From contig SCQX01000172.1 of the NCBI GenBank assembly GCA_004298545.1, positions 8,528-72,527 of the forward strand: 64,000 nt of DNA, written 5' to 3'. The notes under the pieces are model-generated. The model ran no database searches, had not been told where the DNA came from, and worked only from the letters and a program-made list of their open reading frames with translations. The translations under genes and the position numbers were made by a program. How positions within the stretch are numbered: position 1 is the stretch's first letter; each line of letters starts with the position of its first letter. Positions 55,441-64,000 of this stretch are shown piece by piece. This DNA comes from Candidimonas sp. (GTDB lineage Bacteria; Pseudomonadota; Gammaproteobacteria; Burkholderiales; Burkholderiaceae_B).

Positions 55441-58032
55441 ATGTCAGCCGCCAACGCCCACGCCGCCTCGGGATTCGACAGCGAGCAATCGATTGAAAAT
55501 GCGCGCCTGCGCGGGCTTGCGGCCGGCCAGGGGGGGCGCCCCCAGCAGGGGCACCTGGCCGAGGAAAAGCGCGCGCGCGCCGAGCTGCGGGCGGGGCGAT
55601 ACGAAGCGGCCCGCGTGCGCTTCCGCGATATTCTCAAGCGCTCGCCGCATCACCTGTCATCGCTCATCAACCTGGGGTCGGTATACGTACACCTCCATCG
55701 CAACGGCGAGGCGATCGAGGCGCTTTACCACGCAATCGCCCTGAACGGGAAAGCCCACCCGGCATGGATCAATCTCACCCAGGCATTGCTCGGTGAACAT
55801 GCTTGGCAACAGGCCTACGACACCGTCCAGCAAGCGATCACGCTCTTCGGCGTGAGTGCGCAGCTGCGCTCCATCCGCGGCGATGCGCTCAAGGGGCTCG
55901 GCAAGTTCGAGCGGGCACTGGAAGACCTCGACTTCGCGGTACGTGAAGAACCTGACAACCCCGTGCATCGCATCAGGCGAGGCGGATGCCTCGTGAACCT
56001 GAATCGTTATCGCGAGGCCATGGCGGATTTCGAACGGCTGACCGAGTCGGAGCGCCAGCAGACGTGCGTCAACATGGGGCTCGCGTACTTGCGTACCGGC
56101 GACGCACACCGCTCGCTGCCCTACTTCGACCGGGCGATCGAGCTCAAGCAAGAAGTGGAAATCGCATGGTCCAACAAATCCACGGCCTTTATCCATCTCG
56201 GGGAATGGGCAAAGGCCTATGAGGCGCTGAGCAAGGCGATCGAGATCGATCCGAAGCGGGCCGACTTTTTCTTCAACATGAGCCTGCTTCTGTTGCGTGT
56301 CGGGGAGTACGACCAGGGGCTGGAAATGTACGAGTGGCGCCTGCGCCGCCCCCCTCAGAGCAACATGGCGCGCATCACGTCCGCGCCGCGCTGGGACGGA
56401 AAGGCAAGCCTCTCTGGCAAGACACTCTTCGTACGGCTGGAACAAGGCGCGGGCGACATGATTCAGATGGTCCGCTATCTGCCGGCGCTCATGGATCATG
56501 GCGCGACAGTGGCCCTCGAATCACACGTGGCGCTCAAGCCCCTGCTTGTCAGCCTGGACGCGCGACTCGTGCTTGTGGACCCAGGCAAACGCCCCGCAAA
56601 CTTCGATGTCTGGATCGAACTCATGAGCCTGCCGTACCTCGCCGGCACACGGCCCGACGACATACCGCTCGCCGACAAACCCTATCTTTCGGCGAACGTG
56701 GCCCTTGCCGCCGACTGGCGGGCGCGCCTGGCCCAGACGGCCCCCACCGGTGCGCGCCACCTCGGCTTCGTTTGGCAGGGCAACCAGGACCACGCCAACG
56801 ACGAGAACCGTTCGCTCGACAACGTGCGCCGCCTGGCCCCATTGCTTTCGATCCCCGGCACGCACTGGCATTGCCTGCAGATCAAGGTCGGCGAGCAAGA
56901 CCGCGCATGGCTGGCCGCCCAACCCAACGTCACGCTCTGGGGTGAAGCCCTCGCCGACTATGGGCAGACGGCGGCCATCATCCAGAACCTGGAAGCGCTC
57001 ATCACCGTCGACACATCGGTCGCGCACGTGGCTGGCGCCATAGGCAAACCCACATGGGTACTGCTTGCCAAGGGGCCCGACTGGCGCTGGGGCGTAACAT
57101 TCGACTCCGGCCCCTGGTACGCGTGCACCCGGCTCTTCCGCCAGCCGGCATACCGCGACTGGGAGACCGTCATCGATGACGTGCGCAAGGCACTCATGGC
57201 ACAGGGAACGGCCATGAACACCCGCGATGGCGCGGCGGAATCCCCGCCGCCGCCCGCGGCCGTCAGCCCACCCCACCCGTGCAAGGTCTGTGGCGGCGCG
57301 ACCAGCCTGTACGGAGTCGTGGACTTCAACAAAAGCTGTGAAGAGCGCAATGGCCTGTACTTGCCGTTGACCGGCGTACCGATCTACTACCGCCAATGCC
57401 GCGACTGCCGACTCATTTTCACCGAGGCATTCGACGAATGGAATCCGCGGGATTTCAAGGCCAACATCTACAACGAGGATTATGCGGCCGTCGACCCCGA
57501 TTACCGTGACAAGCGCCCGCGCGGTTGTGCGCAAACCGTGGCCGCCCTGGCGCGCCGGCTGCATGCGCAGCACCTCTTCGACTACGGAGCCGGTGCGGGA
57601 CTGATGGCGCGGCTGCTGCGCGAACAAGGGTTTTCGTGCGAAGCATGGGATCCATTCGATGCGGCAGCGAACACGCCACGCGATCCGCCGCGCGCAGGCG
57701 CATCGGCCGCCGGGCGCGCGCACCCCGAAAGCGGACGGTACGACCTCGTAAGCGCCTTCGAAGTGCTCGAACACACGCCGACTCCTGAAAAGACCGTCGC
57801 CGAGCTGCTCGGGTTCGCAAGCCCCGAAGGCATCGTCGTCTTCTCCACGCTGGCCGTCGACGCGCTACCGCCGCGCAGCGTCTGGTTCTGGTACATCGCC
57901 CCTCGCAATGGCCATGTGACCATCTACACGAAGACCGCGCTCGAAAGGCTTTTCTCGGCTTTCGGCTGGAAGCTGCACCACTTCTCGGAAGACTTGCACG
58001 TAGCCTACCGCGGCACCCTGAACCTGGGGTGA
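55441..58032 (+). CDS. fusion protein: TPR repeats / GT9-like glycosyltransferase-fold domain / Zn ribbon + class I SAM methyltransferase (candidate flagellin-modifying enzyme)
   Basis: The track start at 55435 is a TTG; ATG is at 55441. TPR-like helices ~55570-56335. LFVRLEQGAGDMIQM...ALITVDTSVAHVAGAIGKPTWVLL (heptosyltransferase-like GT-B C-terminal motif) ~56400-57200. CKVCGG...CRDC Zn ribbon ~57280-57410. SAM motif I LFDYGAGAG and VSAFEVLEH ~57535-58015. Confidence 0.8.
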   Translation: MSAANAHAASGFDSEQSIENARLRGLAAGQGGRPQQGHLAEEKRARAELRAGRYEAARVRFRDILKRSPHHLSSLINLGSVYVHLHRNGEAIEALYHAIALNGKAHPAWINLTQALLGEHAWQQAYDTVQQAITLFGVSAQLRSIRGDALKGLGKFERALEDLDFAVREEPDNPVHRIRRGGCLVNLNRYREAMADFERLTESERQQTCVNMGLAYLRTGDAHRSLPYFDRAIELKQEVEIAWSNKSTAFIHLGEWAKAYEALSKAIEIDPKRADFFFNMSLLLLRVGEYDQGLEMYEWRLRRPPQSNMARITSAPRWDGKASLSGKTLFVRLEQGAGDMIQMVRYLPALMDHGATVALESHVALKPLLVSLDARLVLVDPGKRPANFDVWIELMSLPYLAGTRPDDIPLADKPYLSANVALAADWRARLAQTAPTGARHLGFVWQGNQDHANDENRSLDNVRRLAPLLSIPGTHWHCLQIKVGEQDRAWLAAQPNVTLWGEALADYGQTAAIIQNLEALITVDTSVAHVAGAIGKPTWVLLAKGPDWRWGVTFDSGPWYACTRLFRQPAYRDWETVIDDVRKALMAQGTAMNTRDGAAESPPPPAAVSPPHPCKVCGGATSLYGVVDFNKSCEERNGLYLPLTGVPIYYRQCRDCRLIFTEAFDEWNPRDFKANIYNEDYAAVDPDYRDKRPRGCAQTVAALARRLHAQHLFDYGAGAGLMARLLREQGFSCEAWDPFDAAANTPRDPPRAGASAAGRAHPESGRYDLVSAFEVLEHTPTPEKTVAELLGFASPEGIVVFSTLAVDALPPRSVWFWYIAPRNGHVTIYTKTALERLFSAFGWKLHHFSEDLHVAYRGTLNLG

Positions 58033-58041
58033 TGCGGCCCG

Positions 58042-59118
58042 CTATGCGCGCGCGCCGGCTTCGGCCAACAGGCGGCCGGCCATCTGGCCAAGCGGTACCG
58101 CTTCGGCCGCCGCGCCGATGAGCAGCGCCTCGCGCGGCATGCCGAAAACCACACAGCTCGCCTGATCCTGGGCAAGCGTGATGGCGCCCGCCGCGCGCAT
58201 CGCCAGCATACCGCGGGCGCCATCCCTGCCCATTCCGGTAAGGATGATCCCCACAACGTCGCCGCCGGCCACTTTCGCGCCCGAATAAAAAAGTGCGTCG
58301 ACCGAAGGGCGGTGACGATTGACGGGCTCGGAATAATCCAGATGCGTCACATACTGCGCGCCAACCCTCGCAAGCTGCAGGTGCGCAATGCCGCCCGGGG
58401 CAAGATACACATGGCCGCGCAGCACCGGCTCGCCATCGGTGGCCTCGCTCACGCTCACCGCGCACAGGGTATCCAGGCGCTTGACGAACGAAGCAGTGAA
58501 GCCCGCCGGCATGTGCTGCGTAATGAGGATGGCGGGGCTGTCCTCTGGCAAAGGTTCCAGCACTTGGCGGATGGCTTCGGTGCCGCCGGTGGAAGCGCCG
58601 ATCAGCACGATTTTCGTTGTGGTGGGCGCATGCCACACAAGCCGTTTGCCAGCCATGTCCTGCGTACGGCGCGTGCGGCTCTGGCGCGCGCGCGCGCGCG
58701 CCGCCACACGAATCTTTCCAGCGAGCATCTCGCCGAACCCGGCGAGCCCATCACGGACATCGCCGCCGGGCTTGGCGACAAAATCCACCGCGCCCAACTC
58801 GAGCGCCCGCAGCGTCACCTGCGAACCGCGCTCGGTCAGGGACGAAACCATGACCACCGGCATGGGGTGCAGGCGCATGAGCCGATCAAGAAAATCCAAC
58901 CCGTCCATGCGCGGCATTTCCACGTCGAGCGTGAGCACGTCGGGCTCGAGGCGCTTCACGAGCTCCCGTGCGACGAGTGGGTCCGGCGCCGAGCCCACCA
59001 TTTCCATGTCTGGCTGTCGACCGACGAGCTCCGTGAGGATCCTGCGCATGAGCGCGGAATCATCCACGCACAGGACTCTGATCTTCTGTTCGGTCCCGCC
59101 CTTTTTCACCTCATCCAT
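58042..59118 (-). CDS. cheB: chemotaxis methylesterase / response regulator
   Basis: 358 aa. [19 protein letters not shown]...[10 protein letters not shown]. Esterase GASTGGTEA and ...GMGRDGA. Confidence 0.95.
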   Translation of the reverse strand: MDEVKKGGTEQKIRVLCVDDSALMRRILTELVGRQPDMEMVGSAPDPLVARELVKRLEPDVLTLDVEMPRMDGLDFLDRLMRLHPMPVVMVSSLTERGSQVTLRALELGAVDFVAKPGGDVRDGLAGFGEMLAGKIRVAARARARQSRTRRTQDMAGKRLVWHAPTTTKIVLIGASTGGTEAIRQVLEPLPEDSPAILITQHMPAGFTASFVKRLDTLCAVSVSEATDGEPVLRGHVYLAPGGIAHLQLARVGAQYVTHLDYSEPVNRHRPSVDALFYSGAKVAGGDVVGIILTGMGRDGARGMLAMRAAGAITLAQDQASCVVFGMPREALLIGAAAEAVPLGQMAGRLLAEAGARA

Positions 59119-59984
59119 CAGCCATCTCGCACGTAGACCGTCTGGCCAAGCAACTTCAAGCCCGGCACGATCTGGGAAAAATTCTCCGAGTGCCCCACAA
59201 AGATCAACCCTTGCGGCTTGAGCCTGGCGAACAACGCCTGCAACACGCGACGCTGGGTCGCGTGGTCGAAGTAGATGAGAACGTTGCGGCAGAAGATCGC
59301 GTCGAACTCACGCGCGGCCAACGGCCAGCCGGCGGGATCGGCGCACAGGTTCGCGGCGCCGAACTCCACGAGACTGGCAAGCTCGGGTTTGACCCTCACA
59401 CGCCCGGCCTGGGCACCGCGTCCGCGATGGAAGTATTTCTTCAAACGAGCGTCACCCACCGGTTCGACTCGCGCGAGTGTGTAAACGCCCGCGCGCGCCG
59501 CGTCGATCGCGCGGGAATCCACGTCCGTCGCGAGGATGACGCCCGGCACCGCCGCCGCGGGTACCGTTTCGCGCAGCGTCATTGCGATCGAGTAAGGCTC
59601 TTCGCCAGTGGAGGCTGCGCAGCACCAGATACTGATTGGTGATCGGCGCCCCCGCAGAAACGCCTCCAGCTTGCGAAAATGGTGCGCCTCCCGGAAAAAT
59701 GCCGTGTGGTTGATCGTGAACGCCGCGGTGAATTCGTCCCACTCGGGGCTTTGCGTCTGCGTGGCCAATGCCGAAAGATAGCTGCCCGTGTCGCCCCGCG
59801 CGGTCGCGCGGGCGCGCTGCGTGATCACGCGCACAACCGCATCGCGTCTATGATCGGGCAGGACGATACCCGCGTGTGCCTTCAGCAGCGCCTTTGCCCG
59901 GGCAATGTCATCTTCGGAAATGTCCGCCCGCTCATAGGCATTTGCCGCCACATCAAAAATTTCTGACACCTGCGTGCTACCCAA
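59118..59984 (-). CDS. cheR: chemotaxis methyltransferase
   Basis: TTG start at 59984 (no in-frame ATG nearby; the length matches enteric CheR). [10 protein letters not shown] and [17 protein letters not shown]. The stop overlaps the cheB ATG by 1 nt. Confidence 0.9.
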   Translation of the reverse strand: MGSTQVSEIFDVAANAYERADISEDDIARAKALLKAHAGIVLPDHRRDAVVRVITQRARATARGDTGSYLSALATQTQSPEWDEFTAAFTINHTAFFREAHHFRKLEAFLRGRRSPISIWCCAASTGEEPYSIAMTLRETVPAAAVPGVILATDVDSRAIDAARAGVYTLARVEPVGDARLKKYFHRGRGAQAGRVRVKPELASLVEFGAANLCADPAGWPLAAREFDAIFCRNVLIYFDHATQRRVLQALFARLKPQGLIFVGHSENFSQIVPGLKLLGQTVYVRDG

Positions 59985-60035
59985 CCGTTGAAACCAGACT
60001 CGTTCGTTAGATCTCGGCCCACCCGCCGGCGCCCG

Positions 60036-62012
60036 TCAAAACTCCACCCATTCGGGTTCCTTGGTTAAGGCGCCGGGTCCGGCATCGGTCCTGAAGGACG
60101 GTAGCGCCACCGCAGCGGCCCCCCTCACCCGGACGGGCATCGGCGCGGGAGCGGCGGCGCGCCGATTTTTCACGGTCGACGTGGCGGGCGTGGCCGACGC
60201 CGGTTGCGCCTCGAGGGCGTCAGCCTCTGCGGCCGCAGTTGTGGAAGCGGCGAGGCTCGCGCCATCTTCGACCGCCACCGCTTGCACTTGCGCGGGTTGA
60301 GGTTTCGCAACGGACACCACAGCCTCCGCGGCATCCGCTTCGCTCTCGGCGAGATGGAAGAAAGCCACCGCCTTCTGCAGGCGCGCGGCTTGCTCGCGCA
60401 ATTGCCCCGAGGCGGAGGCCACCGCCTGCACGAGGGAGGCATTCTGCTGTGTCGTCTCATCCATCTGGGCAACGGCTTCATTGACCTGGCCGATGCCATC
60501 GACCTGTTCGCGCGAGGCGGACGCGATTTCGTCCATGAGCGTACTGACACTGGTGATCGATTCGACGACCTTGCGCATGACGGCGCGTGTTTTCTCCGCT
60601 TGGGACGAGCCGGCCTTCACGCGATCCATCGATTCGCCGATCAGGACTTTCACCTCCTTGGCTGCCTGCGCGCTACGCTGGGCGAGCGAGCGTACTTCGG
60701 ACGCGACGACCGCGAAGCCCTTGCCCTGCTCGCCCGCTCGCGCCGCCTCGACGGCGGCGTTCAGCGCGAGAATGTTCGTCTGGAAGGCAATACCGTCGAT
60801 CACACCCACGATTTCCGAGATCTTCACCGCGCTTGTATTGATCTCCGACATGGAATTCCCCAGGTCGCTGACGGCCGTCCCGGCATTTTGCGCAATGTCG
60901 GCGGCCTTTTTCGCGAGTTCGTCGGCCCGCATGGCATTCTCCGTATTTTGCTTGACCGTGCTGGAGAGTTCCTCCATGCTTGCCGCCGTCTCCTGCAAAG
61001 ACGCCGCCTGCTGCTCCGTGCGGCTGCTCAGACTGGTGTTGCCGTCGAAAATCTCGTTGGCCCCTTGCGTGATTGCCTCTACGCCATCGCGCACCGTCGC
61101 CACGGTGGAGGACAGCTTTTCATGCATGCGATCGAGCGCGCGCAGAATGACGCCCGTTTCATTCGCCGAGCGCGCGTCGATCCGCTGGGCGAGGTCGCCA
61201 GCGGCGATTCCGTCCACGTGCGACTGCAAGGCATACAGGGGGCGCAACACCACGCGCCCGAGCACCACTCGCATGAGTACCGCCACAATGACGCTTACAA
61301 CCAGAGCGCTCCCCATGAGCCACAGGAAAATACGCGTGAACTGCTGGTTGGCCTGGCCCAGGGCGTTGGTCGAGCGCAGCCCCAGCGCGTGCACGGAGCC
61401 GACCGCCTGCGACAAAGACGCCGCCATCGGGTCGATTTTTTCTTTCACCGCCGCCCGATAACCATTGAGGTCTCCCCGGCTGATGAGGTCGGCAAGGCGT
61501 GGGAGCGCTTCATCGACAAGCGAGCCGAACCGCCCGCTGAGCTCGGCATACACGGCCTTCTGCGAGTCTGTGCCGCCGTGCTGCGCGGAACTGAAGGATT
61601 CGAACATTGAATGAGAGGCTTTCAGTGCCTCCCGCGCATGGTACAGATCCTCCTCTGTTTGTGAATCGAGCGTGGCGCCGTTCCCGACCGCCGCATCCGA
61701 TGCGGAATCCGGCTTGCCGGGCGCCGTGCCGGCTTTATCGGACGCCGGGCCGGCGGCCGCAGCCGCCCGCTCATGCACCGCATAGCTGGCCGCCGCGTCG
61801 CTGAGCGCCGCTCGCGCCGCCTTGTATTGCGAAATGGCCCCGTTCAGTATCCAGTCCGAGGACTGGGACTGCGTCACCGCGTCCAGCATTTGATTGGTGC
61901 GCCCTATGCCCCAGAAGCCAAGTGCCGTGCTGCAGGCGACGACGACGACGAAAAAGACGAGCGTCAGCGTCAGACTCGCGCGAACGCCAAAAGTCCCGAA
62001 ATGCGATTTCAT
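60036..62012 (-). CDS. methyl-accepting chemotaxis protein with C-terminal EWVEF pentapeptide
   Basis: 658 aa with an N-terminal TM, a periplasmic domain and a HAMP domain. Signalling hairpin [42 protein letters not shown] long Ala/Pro linker ends in ...EPEWVEF. Confidence 0.95.
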   Translation of the reverse strand: MKSHFGTFGVRASLTLTLVFFVVVVACSTALGFWGIGRTNQMLDAVTQSQSSDWILNGAISQYKAARAALSDAAASYAVHERAAAAAGPASDKAGTAPGKPDSASDAAVGNGATLDSQTEEDLYHAREALKASHSMFESFSSAQHGGTDSQKAVYAELSGRFGSLVDEALPRLADLISRGDLNGYRAAVKEKIDPMAASLSQAVGSVHALGLRSTNALGQANQQFTRIFLWLMGSALVVSVIVAVLMRVVLGRVVLRPLYALQSHVDGIAAGDLAQRIDARSANETGVILRALDRMHEKLSSTVATVRDGVEAITQGANEIFDGNTSLSSRTEQQAASLQETAASMEELSSTVKQNTENAMRADELAKKAADIAQNAGTAVSDLGNSMSEINTSAVKISEIVGVIDGIAFQTNILALNAAVEAARAGEQGKGFAVVASEVRSLAQRSAQAAKEVKVLIGESMDRVKAGSSQAEKTRAVMRKVVESITSVSTLMDEIASASREQVDGIGQVNEAVAQMDETTQQNASLVQAVASASGQLREQAARLQKAVAFFHLAESEADAAEAVVSVAKPQPAQVQAVAVEDGASLAASTTAAAEADALEAQPASATPATSTVKNRRAAAPAPMPVRVRGAAAVALPSFRTDAGPGALTKEPEWVEF

Positions 62013-62040
62013 GCGACTCCCCCAAAAGATGGCAAGTGCT

Positions 62041-62538
62041 TCAAGCCGCGCTTTGTTCGATGAGCGCCATTTCGGCGCCGGTCATCAGCCGTTCAATATC
62101 CACGAGAATGAGCATGCGCTCGTCAACCGTTCCTATGCCGGTGATGTACTGGGTGGAAACGGCGCTGCCCAACTGCGGGGCGGGACTGACTTGCGCAGGC
62201 TGCAGCACCAGAACATCGGAAACGGCATCCACCACGGCGCCAACCACGCGCGCGGCGATTTTGAGTATGATCATGACGGTCTGGCTATCGGTCGCCGCCG
62301 ATCCGGTGCCGAATTTCACTCTCAGGTCCACTATCGGAATGATCGTGCCGCGCAGGTTGGTCACACCGCGCACGAACTCGGGTACGTTGGCGATACGCGT
62401 GACGCCCTGCCCGTCGTAGCTGCGAATCTCCTGAACCTTCAGGATCTCAATGCCATATTCCTGTCCACCAAGCGTGAAAACGAGAAACTCTTTCCCCGCG
62501 CCGCCGGTTTTTTGACCGCCGCCCACCTCTTCTAGCAA
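62041..62538 (-). CDS. cheW: chemotaxis coupling protein
   Basis: TTG 62538 lies 7 nt behind [28 protein letters not shown]. Confidence 0.9.
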   Translation of the reverse strand: MLEEVGGGQKTGGAGKEFLVFTLGGQEYGIEILKVQEIRSYDGQGVTRIANVPEFVRGVTNLRGTIIPIVDLRVKFGTGSAATDSQTVMIILKIAARVVGAVVDAVSDVLVLQPAQVSPAPQLGSAVSTQYITGIGTVDERMLILVDIERLMTGAEMALIEQSAA

Positions 62539-64000
62539 GATAATTCTCCTTCGTCCACGCGCGCGGCACCATGCCGCAGGCTCGCAAGAGCGAATACATC
62601 AATAATGAACGCCACGCTTCCGTCTCCAAGAATGGTCGCCGCCGACACCCCCGGCACCTTGCGATAATTGGCCTCCAGGCTTTTGACCACCACCTGGTGC
62701 TGCCCCACGAGGCGGTCGACCAGGAGCGCAAAGCGGCTCTTGCCGGCCGCCAGCAGTACGGCGATAGCCCGTGTGGGCTCCTCGACCGCCTCTTCAATGC
62801 CGAACACATCTTTCAAGGCAATCAGCGGCAGATATTCGCCACGCATGTGCAGCACCGATTCGCCGTCCGAGACGACCCGAATCTGCCCAGGCTGGGGTTG
62901 CAGCGACTCCATCACGTGGTTTAACGGCAAAATAAACGTTTCCTTGCCAACCCCGACGGACATGCCGTCCAGAATGGCCAGTGTCAGCGGCAGCACGATC
63001 CGGGTCGTGGTGCCCATGCCTTCGCGGGAGCTGAGGTAAATATGACCGCCCAGATCCTGGATATTGCGCCGTACGACATCCATTCCCACGCCGCGCCCGG
63101 AAATGTCCGTCACCTTCTCGGCGGTGGAAAACCCCGGCGCGAAGATGAGCTGCCACACTTCCTCGTCGCTGGCGGAACCACTGATGTCCAGCCCTTGCGA
63201 CCGCGCCTTCGCGAGGATGCGCTCGCGGTTCAGCCCGGCGCCATCGTCCGCGACTTCGATGATGATCTGCCCGCCGCTGTGTTCGGCCGAAAGCGTGATG
63301 CGGCCCGCCCTGGGCTTGCCGGCCGCCTCACGCACGCCGGGGGCTTCGATGCCGTGATCCAGGCTGTTGCGCACGAGATGGGTCAACGGATCGATGATGT
63401 GCTCGATGAGCCCTTTGTCCAGTTCGGTCGCCTGCCCGCGCGTGACAAGCTCAATCTCTTTGCCAAGCGTTTCGGCGCCCTCGCGCACCACGCGCGGAAA
63501 GCGGCTGAAGACATATTCCATGGGCATCATGCGCATGGACATCACCGCCTCTTGCAGGTCGCGGGCATTGCGTTCGAGCTGCTCGACGCTTGCGACCAGC
63601 CGCGTGTGCTCGGGATGTTCGGACGCACCGAGAACTTCCGTCGCCTGCCTGAGCATTGCCTGCGTGATCACCAGTTCCCCCACCAGATTGATGATCTGGT
63701 CGACCTTGTGGATATCCACTCGGATCGTGGAAGATTCCCGGTGCGCCGTTGATTTCGCGTGCGTGGCGACGCCGGGTTGACCCCCCGAGGCGGAGCCTGG
63801 CGTGCCGACCGAAACGCCGGCCAGCTTACCCTTCGGGGCGGAATCCGGAGTATTACCCGATTGGTCGTGGGCGGCGGGCGGGCTGATAGTCGCGGGCTGT
63901 GATCCGATGGGCACCCGTTCAACAGCGGGCGGCAGCTCGATGGATGCCGGTTCAATGACGGACGCCGGTTCAATATTTACCTGATCGGCGTTCACCACGA
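62532..64000 (-). CDS. cheA: chemotaxis histidine kinase, C-terminal part (5' end beyond right edge)
   Basis: The frame is open to the window edge. HATPase DPLTHLVRNSLDHGIE...GRGVGMDVVRRNIQDLGG. C-terminal CheW-like domain. Confidence 0.95.
   Translation of the reverse strand, partial: VVNADQVNIEPASVIEPASIELPPAVERVPIGSQPATISPPAAHDQSGNTPDSAPKGKLAGVSVGTPGSASGGQPGVATHAKSTAHRESSTIRVDIHKVDQIINLVGELVITQAMLRQATEVLGASEHPEHTRLVASVEQLERNARDLQEAVMSMRMMPMEYVFSRFPRVVREGAETLGKEIELVTRGQATELDKGLIEHIIDPLTHLVRNSLDHGIEAPGVREAAGKPRAGRITLSAEHSGGQIIIEVADDGAGLNRERILAKARSQGLDISGSASDEEVWQLIFAPGFSTAEKVTDISGRGVGMDVVRRNIQDLGGHIYLSSREGMGTTTRIVLPLTLAILDGMSVGVGKETFILPLNHVMESLQPQPGQIRVVSDGESVLHMRGEYLPLIALKDVFGIEEAVEEPTRAIAVLLAAGKSRFALLVDRLVGQHQVVVKSLEANYRKVPGVSAATILGDGSVAFIIDVFALASLRHGAARVDEGELSC

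Noticed and set aside
56521-58636. 417-aa (56521..57774) and 393-aa (57455..58636) minus-strand ORFs antisense to the TPR fusion gene and in an alternative frame of cheB
   Set aside because: The composition is dominated by R/A/G/P with no domain signature. The sense frames have clear TPR, methyltransferase and CheB motifs.
60204-61610. 468-aa and 326-aa plus-strand ORFs antisense to the MCP
   Set aside because: Low-complexity translations. The MCP signalling hairpin on the minus strand is canonical.
1-64000. Search for CRISPR arrays, IS elements or transposases, integrases, toxin-antitoxin pairs or recognised defence genes
   Set aside because: I recognised no spaced direct-repeat array and no DDE, tyrosine- or serine-recombinase-like ORF. 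No small paired ORFs were seen outside the operons described. Visual scanning cannot exclude short or degenerate elements.

Overview
High-GC (about 63-80% in hand-counted 60-nt lines) proteobacterial chromosome segment with three parts. (1) 1-3.9 kb is a glycerol locus: glpD (truncated by the window edge, absent from the ORF track) divergent from glpR-glpK. (2) About 4.0-18.4 kb is a compositionally foreign low-GC block (38-52% in sampled lines), interrupted by one 70%-GC gene. It encodes a DHDPS-family aldolase, a cupin, a Rossmann oxidoreductase, an XRE-cupin (PuuR-type) regulator and a tightly coupled seven-gene operon. That operon holds an amide/urea-type ABC importer, a 67-aa GatC/AtzG-like ORF and an amidase-signature enzyme. 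A DJ-1/PfpI protein, an MFS transporter and an FNR-like reductase complete the block. No integrase, IS element, tRNA or flanking direct repeat was seen. (3) 18.4-64 kb is an almost complete enteric/Burkholderiales-style flagellar and chemotaxis regulon: fliC, fliA, fliDST, fliE, fliF-R, flgL-B, flgAMN, flhAB, motBA, and cheB, cheR, an MCP, cheW and cheA (truncated by the right edge). By eye I found four sigma-28-type promoters sharing an identical -10 element, GCCGTAAAC, upstream of fliC, fliD, flgK and flgM. The most unusual items are as follows. First, an 863-aa fusion of TPR repeats, a GT9-like fold, a Zn ribbon and a SAM methyltransferase lies between motA and cheB, where enterics carry cheYZ; it is a candidate flagellin-modifying enzyme. 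Second, a soluble FliK-like plus FlhB-C-terminal-like pair follows fliDST, with an A8 tract and an open +1 frame linking fliT to the FliK-like ORF. Third, the AtzE/AtzG-like amidase pair is coupled to an amide-type importer. Fourth, 15-bp palindromes are shared by promoters 10 kb apart in the island. No rRNA, tRNA, CRISPR array or transposase was recognised. Many long alternative-frame ORFs in the track are GC-bias artefacts. The track also shows TTG and GTG starts as M, so several starts were re-trimmed by checking codons and Shine-Dalgarno (SD) sequences.
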